From Candidatus Uhrbacteria bacterium (GTDB taxonomy: Bacteria > Patescibacteriota > Patescibacteriia > UBA9934), in NCBI GenBank assembly GCA_943358395.1, contig CALRGY010000001.1:8008-72007 (forward strand): a DNA stretch of 64,000 nt. Direction: 5' to 3'. Under the pieces are notes generated by a model. The model was given only the letters and a program-made list of their open reading frames with translations, ran no database searches and was not told where the DNA came from. Shown here in pieces: positions 1 through 9,893 of the stretch (the first letter of the stretch is position 1; each line of letters starts with the position of its first letter). The position numbers and the translations under genes are program-made.

Positions 1-113
1 TCGCATCCATCGAGGCGCAACGCACTCGCGTCATCGATCGCTGCAATTGCGGGAATCGATGCAGGAAACTCTTCGATCGCATCCGTGAGAAATTTCACCG
101 CTAATCGCTTTCT

Positions 114-926
114 ATGTTGAACGCTCTTCTTTCCATTATTCACGTCGATCTCTTACTCTGGTGTGAAGCCGCACTCATCGGCATTCTCCTCATCGGTGCA
201 TTCCTTACGAGTTTGGGCACATCGATGAAGAAGATGACGATCGCCTCAGGCGTTCTTCAGTCGGCGCTTCCCGTTATTCTCTTCATTGCTGCATTACGTG
301 TTCTTCGTTCTCTTGATGTCGATGCAGAACAATTTTTCCAGTATTTCGGCATCCTGCTTTTGCTTTCAGCCATTACGGGATTCATTTGGAAAACATCACG
401 AAAGAGTACGCTAGAACTTTCTCGCCTTCAGCACATCGGTCTCGTCGCATTCATGATCGGTGCTGGCCCTGCTGGGGCGATTCCTGCAATGATTCATCTC
501 TTCGGGCAAGCGATTGGTCACTCGGCGTTGTGGTACGCCATGCAGCGCAAGGAATCGATCGCGGCACATCGGGGAATTCGATTCTCTGTCATTGCGCTCA
601 TCGCAGCAATGTTCGGCGCACCGTTTTCAATGCTGTTTGTGAGCGAGCTTGTCGGAATCGGCTATGCATTGCAAGCGCATACCGCTCTTGCACTTGGCGT
701 GTTTGCAGCAGTCGTCGTTATGAATATTCTTGTGATGCGAAGGGTGTTGAATTTCTTCGCCGAGCCACGGTCGGAATCTGTATTACCGATGACAAAAAAT
801 GAAAAGGTCTTTACCGGTGTACTTGCTGCTCATGCGGTAATCCTCTTTGGCGCTGGAACATATCTCCTTACACAGCCCGGTATTCAATTCGCTGTTACCG
901 TTGCACAGAATATTGCAGCGCTCTAG
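114..926 (+). CDS. hypothetical polytopic membrane protein
   Basis: 270-aa ORF with several hydrophobic segments and no recognisable catalytic motif. Confidence 0.4.
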   Translation: MLNALLSIIHVDLLLWCEAALIGILLIGAFLTSLGTSMKKMTIASGVLQSALPVILFIAALRVLRSLDVDAEQFFQYFGILLLLSAITGFIWKTSRKSTLELSRLQHIGLVAFMIGAGPAGAIPAMIHLFGQAIGHSALWYAMQRKESIAAHRGIRFSVIALIAAMFGAPFSMLFVSELVGIGYALQAHTALALGVFAAVVVMNILVMRRVLNFFAEPRSESVLPMTKNEKVFTGVLAAHAVILFGAGTYLLTQPGIQFAVTVAQNIAAL

Positions 927-930
927 CCCC

Positions 931-3867
931 ATGTCGTCCCTCCTCGATAATCTCAATGCCGAGCAGCAGGCGGCAGTCACGCATGGCGAAGGGCCACTCA
1001 TGATTATTGCTGGCGCAGGAACAGGGAAGACGACGGTGATTACCAAGCGCATCGCGTGGCTCGTCGAACAGGGGAAAGCAATGCCTGAGAATATTCTTGC
1101 CCTTACCTTCACCGATAAAGCAGCGAATGAAATGGAAGAGCGTGTTGATGTGTTGTTACCAATGGGATACGTCGACCTTTCTATTTCCACATTTCATGCG
1201 TTTTGTGAAAAGGTTTTGCGCGAACACGGCGTCGATATCGGCATTCCGCAAGATTTTACTGTGGCATCGGAAGTGGACGGTTGGCTGTTCATGCGTCGTC
1301 ATCTTGCCGATTTCGCCCTCGATTACTATAAACCACGAGGAACACCAACGAAGTTTTTTAAGGTGTTATTGTCACATTTTTCACGAGCAAAAGATGAAGG
1401 CATTACGCCGGAGCACTACATTGACCACGTTGAAGCTCAGATTTCGGCGATCACTTCCGGATCGGAAGAAGCGTTCGATGCATTGCCAGAGGAAGAGCGA
1501 CTAGAGTGGATGAAACACAGGGAGGTCGGGCGTGCCTACAAAACGTATCAAGACATTCTCATTGCCGAAGACGCGCTCGATTTCGGTGATCTTCTCGCGT
1601 ACACCGTTGAACTTTTCAAAACACGCCCCAACATTCTTGCAGAATATCGCAAACGTTTTACCTATATCGTCGTTGACGAGTTTCAAGACACGAATAGCGT
1701 GCAGTACGAGCTCGTAAAGCTTCTTGCATCGCCAAGAAATAATCTGACGATCGTGGGTGACGATGATCAGGCGATTTACAAGTTCCGCGGAGCAGCACTC
1801 GCAAACATTCTTACGTTCCGATCAGATTTCCCAGATACAACAAAGATCGTGCTCGTTCATAATTATCGGAGCGGTCGAAGTATTCTTGATGCTGCATATG
1901 CATCGATTACCAAGAATAATCCGCATCGGCTTGAAGTGTCGGAAGGATTATCGAAACAATTGATTTCGAATATCGAACACGCTGGAAACGTGCATCACAT
2001 TCATGCGGCGACATTGGAAGATGAGGTTGCTACTGTCGTCGAAACGATCACGAAGCTTCACGATGAGTCTGGAGCGAACTGGAAAGACTTCGCGATCCTT
2101 GCGCGTGGCAATGATCACGTCGATCCGTTTCTTGAAGCATTGGAACGTGCTGGCATTCCGTACCGTTTCATGGCGCTTTCCGGCTTGTACACCATGCCGA
2201 TTATTCTGGATGCCATCAGCTATCTTCGTGTCATCGCTGCACCGCACGACTCACCATCGTTGTACCGCATTCTCTCTCATCCCCGATTGGGATTATCGCA
2301 AGAAGATCTCACGGCGCTCATGTTCTATGCTCGTCGGAAGGGAATGAGTCTCTTCGATTTGCTGACGTATGCCGACGCTGCACGCATTTCGATGACCGGT
2401 CGAAACACCATCATCGATCTCCAACAGAAACTTGCCGAGCTCCGAAACAAAGCAAAGCGATTACCGATCACTGAATTATTCGTGGTGATGATGAAAGAGA
2501 CGGGATTGCTTGGCGATTGCCAGCACGCTTCGGAAATGGAGCAGCAAGAATTGTATCGATTCCTTGAACGTTTCTTTAATCGCCTGAAGCGATTCGTTGC
2601 GATGAATGATGACGCAACGTTGCCGCGATTCATCGAGGAGTTTGATGCAGAGCGCGCGGCAGGGGAAAGTGGCGCCGTGGCGCAAGATCCAGAAGAAGGA
2701 CCTGACGTTGTATCGGTCATGACCGTTCATGGATCGAAAGGCTTAGAGTTCCGATACGTTTTTGTGATCAATCTCGTCGAACAACGTTTTCCATCGGTAT
2801 CACGATCACAAGCGATTGATTTTCCTCCGGGATTAATGGGTGAGGAAATCGAAGGGAATGATCATGTCGCCGAAGAGCGTCGGTTGCTGTATGTAGCGAT
2901 GACGCGGGCAAAAGAGGGGTTGTACCTGATGAGCGCTGAAGATTACGGCGGTTCACGAAAGCGAAAAGTTTCGCGATTCCTCGACGAGCTTGGATACACG
3001 AATACGGTGACGATGACGCGACCGAGCAGTATCGCCGATGCACTCGCTTTGGAAATCGGGAAAAAGAAAACCGGTGATGCGAATATTCATATTCCTGACA
3101 AAATCAGTTTTTCGCAGATTGCGGCATTCAGTACATGTCCGTTGCAATACAAGTATGCACATATCATTGGTGTGCCGTCGTACGGCAAGCATCAGATGAG
3201 CTTTGGAAAGTCGATGCACAACGCGTTGCAAGCCTTCATGGAGCGCATTGTTGCCTCGAGTGCAGCGCATCAGGTGACATTGTTTAACGCATCAAGTGAT
3301 ACCGTGGCTCTTCCGACTCTGCACGATCTTCTGGAGATGTATGCTCGATCGTGGATCGATGAATGGTACCCGGACGATGCTACGCGGGATGAATATCGGA
3401 ATCGTGGTACAGAGATCATGAAAGAATATTATCGCGTTGTTACTGAAAATCCTCCTTCACCGAAATTTATCGAGAAAGGATTCACGCTGAAGATCGATGG
3501 TATCTTGGTGAAGGGGAGAATCGATCGCATCGACGACGTGGAGGGTGGTATCGAAATCATCGATTACAAAACTGGTCAACCAAAAGAAAAACTCGATTGG
3601 GACGACAGGCGGCAGTTAATTCTCTACGCGATTGCTGCAGAAGAAAGCTTCGTTCCACCCCTCGTCGTCAAAAAGCTTACGTACTATTATCTCGAATCGA
3701 ATACTGCGGTGAGTTTTGAGCCGAAAGACGCGGAAAAGGAAAAGCTGAAGCTCCAGATTCGGGAAAGTATGGCAAAGATTCGTGAATCAACATTTTCTGC
3801 CACGCCGGGGCCACACTGCCAATATTGTGATTTTAAAGACATTTGCCCGTATGCAAGAGCCGGTTAA
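931..3867 (+). CDS. UvrD/PcrA-family helicase fused to a C-terminal Cas4/AddB-type PD-(D/E)xK Fe-S nuclease domain
   Basis: Walker A GAGTGKTT, motif II VDEFQDTN, TVHGSKGLEF, LLYVAMTRAKE; C-terminus carries GRIDRIDD, IIDYKTG and a Cys cluster C(x)n...CQYCDFKDIC. Start taken at ATG 931 (MSSLLDNLNAEQQ) inside the longer ORF 847..3867. Confidence 0.8.
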   Translation: MSSLLDNLNAEQQAAVTHGEGPLMIIAGAGTGKTTVITKRIAWLVEQGKAMPENILALTFTDKAANEMEERVDVLLPMGYVDLSISTFHAFCEKVLREHGVDIGIPQDFTVASEVDGWLFMRRHLADFALDYYKPRGTPTKFFKVLLSHFSRAKDEGITPEHYIDHVEAQISAITSGSEEAFDALPEEERLEWMKHREVGRAYKTYQDILIAEDALDFGDLLAYTVELFKTRPNILAEYRKRFTYIVVDEFQDTNSVQYELVKLLASPRNNLTIVGDDDQAIYKFRGAALANILTFRSDFPDTTKIVLVHNYRSGRSILDAAYASITKNNPHRLEVSEGLSKQLISNIEHAGNVHHIHAATLEDEVATVVETITKLHDESGANWKDFAILARGNDHVDPFLEALERAGIPYRFMALSGLYTMPIILDAISYLRVIAAPHDSPSLYRILSHPRLGLSQEDLTALMFYARRKGMSLFDLLTYADAARISMTGRNTIIDLQQKLAELRNKAKRLPITELFVVMMKETGLLGDCQHASEMEQQELYRFLERFFNRLKRFVAMNDDATLPRFIEEFDAERAAGESGAVAQDPEEGPDVVSVMTVHGSKGLEFRYVFVINLVEQRFPSVSRSQAIDFPPGLMGEEIEGNDHVAEERRLLYVAMTRAKEGLYLMSAEDYGGSRKRKVSRFLDELGYTNTVTMTRPSSIADALALEIGKKKTGDANIHIPDKISFSQIAAFSTCPLQYKYAHIIGVPSYGKHQMSFGKSMHNALQAFMERIVASSAAHQVTLFNASSDTVALPTLHDLLEMYARSWIDEWYPDDATRDEYRNRGTEIMKEYYRVVTENPPSPKFIEKGFTLKIDGILVKGRIDRIDDVEGGIEIIDYKTGQPKEKLDWDDRRQLILYAIAAEESFVPPLVVKKLTYYYLESNTAVSFEPKDAEKEKLKLQIRESMAKIRESTFSATPGPHCQYCDFKDICPYARAG

Positions 3868-4198
3868 ACGTCGCAGAAGTTCACTCACGCAAATAAGCAA
3901 AATGCTGGAAGGCACGCTAAAACGCCACGGCATTACGAAGCAAGTCACCGCGGCGATCATTGTAGACCGGGCAAAAGAAATTCTTGCGGAAATGGTTGCC
4001 GGCTCACCGCTCGCGCAAGATGTCCGCGTTTCCAGCTACGCCTCTGGCATTCTTATTCTTGGCTGTGACAACGCTGCCGCAACCTTCGACATCGACGGCA
4101 TGATCCCAACGTTGCTCTCCCGCATCCAATCAGAAATCCCCGAAGCCGATATCACAAAAATCATCGCACGGGTACAAAAGGAGAAGGGGAATTTTTGA
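3851..4198 (+). CDS. DUF721/DciA-like protein (putative replicative-helicase loader)
   Basis: About 115 aa matching the DUF721 pattern (RAKEILAEMVAGSPLAQDVRVSSYASGILILGCDNAAATFDI...); lies directly downstream of the helicase-nuclease gene; the start could instead be ATG 3902. Confidence 0.45.
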   Translation: MQEPVKRRRSSLTQISKMLEGTLKRHGITKQVTAAIIVDRAKEILAEMVAGSPLAQDVRVSSYASGILILGCDNAAATFDIDGMIPTLLSRIQSEIPEADITKIIARVQKEKGNF

Positions 4199-4596
4199 TG
4201 CTATACTTTCCCTGTATGTCTCTTCGTCAATATGTGGTGATGCTTGCGCTGGGAACGGCGATTAGTATTTCGGCGTGGTGTATTGTGATGATTTCTATTG
4301 ATCCAAGCACGGCAGGCGTGTTTGCGTTCTTTGTGTTCTACCTTACGCTTGGGGCAGGTATTGCGGGGCTTTTCACCATTGGTGGCACAATGATTCGGGC
4401 AAGAAAGTATGCGGAAGAGGAGGTTCATGCTGCCGTGGCACGTTCTTTTCGCCAAGGGGTGATGTTGTCTCTGCTGTTTCTCACATGCCTGTTTTTGCTG
4501 TCCCGTAATCTGTTTTCCCTCGGTACCATGGTGCTGCTTATCGTATTAGTAGGACTGATTGAGTTTTTGATGATGAGTGTGAGGAGGGAAACGTGA
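4198..4596 (+). CDS. small hydrophobic membrane protein (hypothetical)
   Basis: 133 aa with 3-4 predicted TM segments; its ATG overlaps the upstream stop (TGATG). Confidence 0.4.
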   Translation: MLYFPCMSLRQYVVMLALGTAISISAWCIVMISIDPSTAGVFAFFVFYLTLGAGIAGLFTIGGTMIRARKYAEEEVHAAVARSFRQGVMLSLLFLTCLFLLSRNLFSLGTMVLLIVLVGLIEFLMMSVRRET

Positions 4597-4597
4597 G

Positions 4598-4672
4598 GGG
4601 AATCTTTGGAGGGTGTTGGGAATGGGATGTGAAGGTGAAGTGATTTTTGAGGGTCGATGAGGGTGTTCATTA
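4598..4672. repeat. solo fragment of the G-rich arm motif of the 0.9-kb composite element
   Basis: The 21-mer ctttggagggtgttgggaatg is exactly shared with the reverse complement of 48519-48539; the sequence is G-tract rich. Confidence 0.6.
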
Positions 4673-4685
4673 TGCAATATCTGAG

Positions 4686-4761
4686 ATGTTAGATCGACCT
4701 AACATTTTGTATGCAAAAAATCCAATGATTTGATGAGTTTAATGTTAGATGGACGTAACAT
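4686..4761. promoter_or_regulatory. two near-identical 20-bp palindromic sites upstream of mreB (candidate operator pair)
   Basis: atgttagATCGACctaacat at 4686-4705 and atgttagATGGACgtaacat at 4742-4761, 36 nt apart, about 180 nt upstream of the mreB start. Confidence 0.4.
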
Positions 4762-4935
4762 CTTCAGAATCGCACATTGAAGTATCGGATCGGTACATAA
4801 AGATCGCCGACAACCCACATCCCGTCATTTCCCTCATTCACAACCTCTCCAAGACTCCCTCCCCATCATTTCTCATCTCACGTCAGTTGTGGATAGATCC
4901 ATTTCGAATATTCCCAATCCCTGGCAACATCATGG

Positions 4936-5997
4936 TTGCCTATGTTGAATCGCTTCTTTGGTCGATTTTCGGAAGATATCGGCATCGACCTTGGTACATC
5001 ACATACTCGTGTATTCGTGAAGGACAAGGGCATCGTCATGAACGAGCCTTCTATTGTTGCGATTAACACGCGCACAAACCATATCCTTGCCGTGGGAAAA
5101 ACGGCAAAAGACATGGTGGGAAAGACTCCCCCTCATATTCAAATTACTCGCCCCTTAACCAAGGGGGTTATTTCCGACTTTGAAGTAACGGAAAAAATGC
5201 TCAAGTACTTCATCGACAAAATCCATGACGATGCCTTTACGCTCGTCCCACGCCCCCGCATCGTGATGTCCGTTCCCATGGAAATTACGGAAGTTGAGCG
5301 CAAGGCAGTTGAAGATGCCGCGCTTGCGGCAGGGGCACGGCAAGCACTGTTGGTGGAAGCACCGCTTGCTGCGGCACTGGGCGCAGGTTTACCCATTGAA
5401 GAATCCTTGGGCAGCATGATTGTGGATATTGGCGGAGGAACGACCGAAATTGCAGTGATTGCGCTTTCTGGCATTGTGACATGGAAGTCGCTTACCGTGG
5501 CAGGCGACGAAATGACGAAACATATTCTGCAGTACACGCGCGACGTGTTTAACCTTCTTCTTGGTGAACGGGTCGCCGAAGAAGTGAAGTGCCACATTGG
5601 GAGCAGCTTGGATACGGGAGAAGGGTTGCGTATGACCATGCGGGGAAGGGATTTAATCACAGGCCTTCCAAAAGAAGTCACGGTAAACGACGGGCAAATT
5701 CGTGAAGCATTACACAAATCAGTTCGTGCAATTATTGAAAGCATTAAAGCGACGATTGAAATAACGCCACCGGAATTGGTGGCAGACATTTACGAACGAG
5801 GAATTGTTCTTGTTGGTGGAGGCAGCCTGTTGCGCGGCTTAGAACGCTCAATTTCCAAAGAAACCGATATTCCTGTGCGTTGTGCAGAAGATCCTCATAC
5901 CGCCGTGGTACGGGGCTGTGGGTTGCTGCTTAGTGATCAGAATCTGCTGAATACCATCGTGTTACCAGCAACAGGAGGAAACGATAATCATCGCTAA
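4936..5997 (+). CDS. mreB: rod-shape determining protein MreB
   Basis: Actin-fold motifs DLGTSHTRV, VDIGGGTTE and GIVLVGGGSLLRGL. Confidence 0.93.
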   Translation: MPMLNRFFGRFSEDIGIDLGTSHTRVFVKDKGIVMNEPSIVAINTRTNHILAVGKTAKDMVGKTPPHIQITRPLTKGVISDFEVTEKMLKYFIDKIHDDAFTLVPRPRIVMSVPMEITEVERKAVEDAALAAGARQALLVEAPLAAALGAGLPIEESLGSMIVDIGGGTTEIAVIALSGIVTWKSLTVAGDEMTKHILQYTRDVFNLLLGERVAEEVKCHIGSSLDTGEGLRMTMRGRDLITGLPKEVTVNDGQIREALHKSVRAIIESIKATIEITPPELVADIYERGIVLVGGGSLLRGLERSISKETDIPVRCAEDPHTAVVRGCGLLLSDQNLLNTIVLPATGGNDNHR

Positions 5998-6000
5998 TGT

Positions 6001-6819
6001 ATGCCAAGAGCGTGGTACACCGCTGATCGTATCCGTGTACGCACCAAGCGTATTGGTATCTTTTTCGGTGTGCTGGTTTTGGTATGGCTCCTGTCACACA
6101 CCACGGCGGGAGCAAACGTATTCCACGGAATTCAAGAGCGTCTGTATCGCGCGGGTGCTGCAATTGGCCGCGTAACGTCACGCATGTTCACCTCGGAAGA
6201 CTCACTCTCTGCCCAGCTGAACATCTGCACGAACAGGCTTGGCGCAGCCGTCGCCCAGTCTGCAGATGCATTTGCATATCAGCGGGAAACAACGGAATGG
6301 AGAGCGCTTGTGCACTATAAAGAGCGAACCGCACAGCAAGGCGTGGCAGCGCATATTATTGCCAGAGATACCCCAGAAGAAGCCATCGTTACTATTAACC
6401 GCGGTTCCCAAGATGGTATTGGGGAAGGTGCTGCGGTGGTGGTGGGGGACGGCATGTTATTTGGCGTGATTGATACCGTTACAGAAACATCGTCTACTGT
6501 ACGGCTTACCGCACACGCCGCGAGCGCAATTCCAGGAGCTATTTTGGGCACAGAAACCACAATCGGTTTAGTGATTGGTAAAGAAGGTGTATTGCTTTCC
6601 ATGGAATACATCCCACAAAGCACTGTTCTTGCTACACATGACATTGTGGTCACTAGCGGACTTGGCGGAAAGATTCAAAGCGGAATTGTGATTGGCACCG
6701 TTGACGACGTCATTGCTGCCCCAAGCGCTCCATTTCTTCGCGCCGCAATTCGTCCGGTACACGACTCTCGTGTATGGACAACGGTGCTTGTGATGCCGTA
6801 CCCAGAACAAGGACTATGA
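6001..6819 (+). CDS. mreC: rod-shape determining protein MreC
   Basis: N-terminal TM helix followed by a beta-rich periplasmic domain; sits between mreB and mreD. Confidence 0.75.
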   Translation: MPRAWYTADRIRVRTKRIGIFFGVLVLVWLLSHTTAGANVFHGIQERLYRAGAAIGRVTSRMFTSEDSLSAQLNICTNRLGAAVAQSADAFAYQRETTEWRALVHYKERTAQQGVAAHIIARDTPEEAIVTINRGSQDGIGEGAAVVVGDGMLFGVIDTVTETSSTVRLTAHAASAIPGAILGTETTIGLVIGKEGVLLSMEYIPQSTVLATHDIVVTSGLGGKIQSGIVIGTVDDVIAAPSAPFLRAAIRPVHDSRVWTTVLVMPYPEQGL

Positions 6820-7271
6820 AAACCGGGAGCATTCTTGCATGCCTGTTTCTTCTCTTTCTTCTTGGAGAAGCATCTTTTATTCACGCATTTCCAGGCATTC
6901 TTTCCCATATCCCTCTCATGACGATTGCAGGTATGATTGTGATGCAGCGTGTTGGTATGGAAGAGGGGGCAGCATGGTTTCTGGCGCTTGCACTCTTTCA
7001 TAGCGATATTTCTGCCTTGTGTATTGCAATCATTGGGCCGATACTGATCACTCGCTTATTCACCACACGTTCTGTGTATGCACTGATAGGGTTCGGTATC
7101 AGCGCATACAGTGCTGTGCTCCTTATTGCTCTGATATTCCCACCCCATTCCGTTACGGCAGCACTTCAGTCTGAACTGTTACTTCTTCCAGGATTGTTGA
7201 TTGGTATCAGTATGGTGCGCTTTTGTGAACGTTCTCTTTTTACTCGAATTGCCTTACGTCCCTCGTCATGA
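6816..7271 (+). CDS. mreD: rod-shape determining protein MreD
   Basis: Small polytopic membrane protein; its ATG overlaps the mreC stop (ATGA); operon position supports the call. Confidence 0.6.
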   Translation: MKTGSILACLFLLFLLGEASFIHAFPGILSHIPLMTIAGMIVMQRVGMEEGAAWFLALALFHSDISALCIAIIGPILITRLFTTRSVYALIGFGISAYSAVLLIALIFPPHSVTAALQSELLLLPGLLIGISMVRFCERSLFTRIALRPSS

Positions 7272-9184
7272 TGTTTCGCAAAAAACCACATGATCAGCGC
7301 GTATTCTTTCTCCACGATGACGGTACCATCGGGGATATTTCTCGTCATACCGATGACGCAACGTTCGACGATGCGTTGTCACAACGGTCATCGGATACGT
7401 TGTTTACTGGAACATTTGTGGGGAATTTTGCTGCACGGCGCATGCAATGGCTGGCGGGTGCGCTGGTACTTGTGCTGTTTGGAGGAGCGTTGTTTCGCAT
7501 TGGATATTGGCAGGTGATACACGGAGATACGTATCGCGCTATTGCAGACAATAACCGCACTCGCACAAAAACAATTATCCCGGATCGTGGCATTATTGCA
7601 GACAGAAACGGAGTAACACTTGCGTGGAATACTCCCGTCTTTCATGTGCTTGCGCATCGTGCTGACCTTCCAGAAGCAGGAGAAGATCGAAGAAGCTTGT
7701 TTCAAGCCATCGGTGAATCGCTCGGCATTGCATTCGAGGATTTTGAAACACGATACCAAAATTCTGGAACAGATCAAACAATCTTACTCGCTGAAACCGT
7801 TCCGTATGCTGCCGCACTTGCATTCGAGGCAGGTCATCAACCGTTTCCCGGAATCACCATGGAGCTTGCCTCAGCACGAACATACGCCACGAATGCAATG
7901 CCAACGCTTTCGCATGTATTGGGCTTTACGGGATCAATTCCAGAAACATCGTATGACGAGCTGAAATCATTAGGGTACCGCCGTTTTGACAGCATTGGTA
8001 AGCAGGGAACGGAGCAGCAATATGAATCATTGTTGCGGGGAACGCCTGGTGTGGAAATTACGGAGGTTGATTCGGAAGGAAGAGCATTGCGTACCCTGGA
8101 GAAAACAGACGTGATTCATGGCGAGAACCTTACGCTCACCATCGATGCAGGGCTCACGGCGGCTATTGAGGGCATCGTGGAACGTAAGCTCGCCAACGCA
8201 AAAGTAAAGAAGGCGGCCGTTGTGGTAAGTAATCCAAAAAATGGGGAAGTGCTCGCGGTGGTATCGTACCCAGCATACGACGTGAATCTCTTTGCTCGTG
8301 GCATTACGCAGGCAGAATATTCGGCGCTGCTTGCAGACCCGAATGCCCCACTTTTTCCACGAGCGACTCAAGGAGAATATCCATGCGGCTCCACCATGAA
8401 ACCAATCTACGCTGCTGCTGCACTCATCGAGCACATCATTACGCCGTCAACCAGCGTTCTTTCTACTGGTGGCATCTGGCTTGGGAATCGTCTTTTTCCG
8501 GATTGGCGCAGAAATGGCCATGGCTATACCAACGTGTATCACGCCATTGCGGATTCTGTGAACACGTTTTTTTACACCATCGGCGGGGGAACAGAGGCAT
8601 TTGAGGGGCTGGGGGTCGATCGTTTAATGCGTTATGCAAGTATGTTCGGCTTTGGGGCAACCAGCGGGCTTGGGTTCCCGAATGAAGCCGATGGCTTTCT
8701 TCCGTCGAAGGCATGGAAAGAGGCAACCAAAGGCGAGCCATGGTACGTCGGCGACACGTACAACGTTTCTATCGGCCAAGGCGACGTTCTCGTCACACCG
8801 CTCCAAATGAATCGTGCCACGGCAGTATTTGCAAACGGGGGAATGTTGATAACGCCGCATCTGCTGAAAGATACCCCTCAAGACGCAAAAAAGATTATTC
8901 CCGACGATGTCGCAGCAGTCATAAAAGATGCCATGCGCGAAACCGTCACAAACGGAAGCTCTGTTGCACTGAATACACTTTCGCAGCCGGTAGCAGGTAA
9001 AACAGGAACAGCGCAATGGGCAACAGGCAGAGATGAACACACTTGGTTCACCGGATTCGGTCCGTTCGATGACCCAACGCTCACCATTACCGTTGTGGTT
9101 GAAGAAGGCGGAGCAAATTATTATGCAACTCCGATAGCGGGAGAGATCTTTGAATGGTATTTCCAAAACCGTGACGTGAAATAA
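7268..9184 (+). CDS. mrdA: penicillin-binding protein 2 (elongasome transpeptidase)
   Basis: PBP dimerisation domain plus transpeptidase motifs STMKP, SVN and KTGTA; overlaps the mreD stop. Confidence 0.88.
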   Translation: MMFRKKPHDQRVFFLHDDGTIGDISRHTDDATFDDALSQRSSDTLFTGTFVGNFAARRMQWLAGALVLVLFGGALFRIGYWQVIHGDTYRAIADNNRTRTKTIIPDRGIIADRNGVTLAWNTPVFHVLAHRADLPEAGEDRRSLFQAIGESLGIAFEDFETRYQNSGTDQTILLAETVPYAAALAFEAGHQPFPGITMELASARTYATNAMPTLSHVLGFTGSIPETSYDELKSLGYRRFDSIGKQGTEQQYESLLRGTPGVEITEVDSEGRALRTLEKTDVIHGENLTLTIDAGLTAAIEGIVERKLANAKVKKAAVVVSNPKNGEVLAVVSYPAYDVNLFARGITQAEYSALLADPNAPLFPRATQGEYPCGSTMKPIYAAAALIEHIITPSTSVLSTGGIWLGNRLFPDWRRNGHGYTNVYHAIADSVNTFFYTIGGGTEAFEGLGVDRLMRYASMFGFGATSGLGFPNEADGFLPSKAWKEATKGEPWYVGDTYNVSIGQGDVLVTPLQMNRATAVFANGGMLITPHLLKDTPQDAKKIIPDDVAAVIKDAMRETVTNGSSVALNTLSQPVAGKTGTAQWATGRDEHTWFTGFGPFDDPTLTITVVVEEGGANYYATPIAGEIFEWYFQNRDVK

Positions 9185-9309
9185 TAGGACTGCAACATTT
9201 TCGACCAGTTTCGGTGCGCATCGAGCAAATTTCGTGAGACGTACTTCACGGTACGTTGAACGAATTTGCGATGATGCAAGCCGAAAATGGGCAAAATGCT
9301 GCAGTCCTA
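9185..9309. repeat. 125-bp palindromic dispersed element, copy 1
   Basis: Ends taggactgcaacatttt and aaaatgctgcagtccta; central cgtgagacgtacttcacggtacgttgaacg; starts immediately after the PBP2 stop codon. Confidence 0.85.
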
Positions 9310-9361
9310 CACGGTTGACCCTCATTGGTCGTCATGGGATACTGTTCGATGAACCCGCCGG

Positions 9362-9883
9362 ATGCATTCGGCGGAATTGTTTTTAGAGAATGCTGACATT
9401 CTCAACGTATTACGATTTCTTATGGACAATACACAAACATACATTTCTGCACTCGGATTACAAAAGATCAAAGACGAGCTTGTACACCGCATCAAAGTGT
9501 TGCGCCCAGAAATTGCTCAAAAGATTAGTGATGCAAAGGAAATGGGGGACTTGAGCGAAAACTTTGCATACCACGAGGCAAAGGAACAACAAGCACAAAA
9601 TGAAATGCGCATTGTTGATATTCAAGACATGGTTGTGAGTGCGGTGGTGGTAGAGGAAAAAATAGGCGGCGCCATTGGGCTTGGCTCTACATTCGTTGTG
9701 CGAGTGAACAATGCAGAAAAAACATACGAAATTGTGGGAGAGAACGAGGCAGACCCTATGGCAGGGAAAATTAGCAACATGTCGCCGCTCGGCAGTGCTT
9801 TCATGGGAAAGAAGATCGGTGACGCAGTGCATGCCGAAGTACCATCGGGAACTATCGAGTATAGTATTGTTGACGTGAAATAA
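9362..9883 (+). CDS. greA: transcription elongation factor GreA
   Basis: Coiled-coil N-terminal domain and FKBP-like C-terminal domain; the true start may be ATG 9422. Confidence 0.8.
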   Translation: MHSAELFLENADILNVLRFLMDNTQTYISALGLQKIKDELVHRIKVLRPEIAQKISDAKEMGDLSENFAYHEAKEQQAQNEMRIVDIQDMVVSAVVVEEKIGGAIGLGSTFVVRVNNAEKTYEIVGENEADPMAGKISNMSPLGSAFMGKKIGDAVHAEVPSGTIEYSIVDVK

Positions 9884-9893
9884 TGACTCACAT

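Noticed and set aside
1-113. Possible 3' end of an upstream gene at the window edge
   Set aside because: Too short and no recognisable motif, so it was not annotated.
5139-5789. 216-aa ORF antisense to mreB
   Set aside because: It lies fully inside and opposite to a highly conserved gene; it has low complexity and no motifs.
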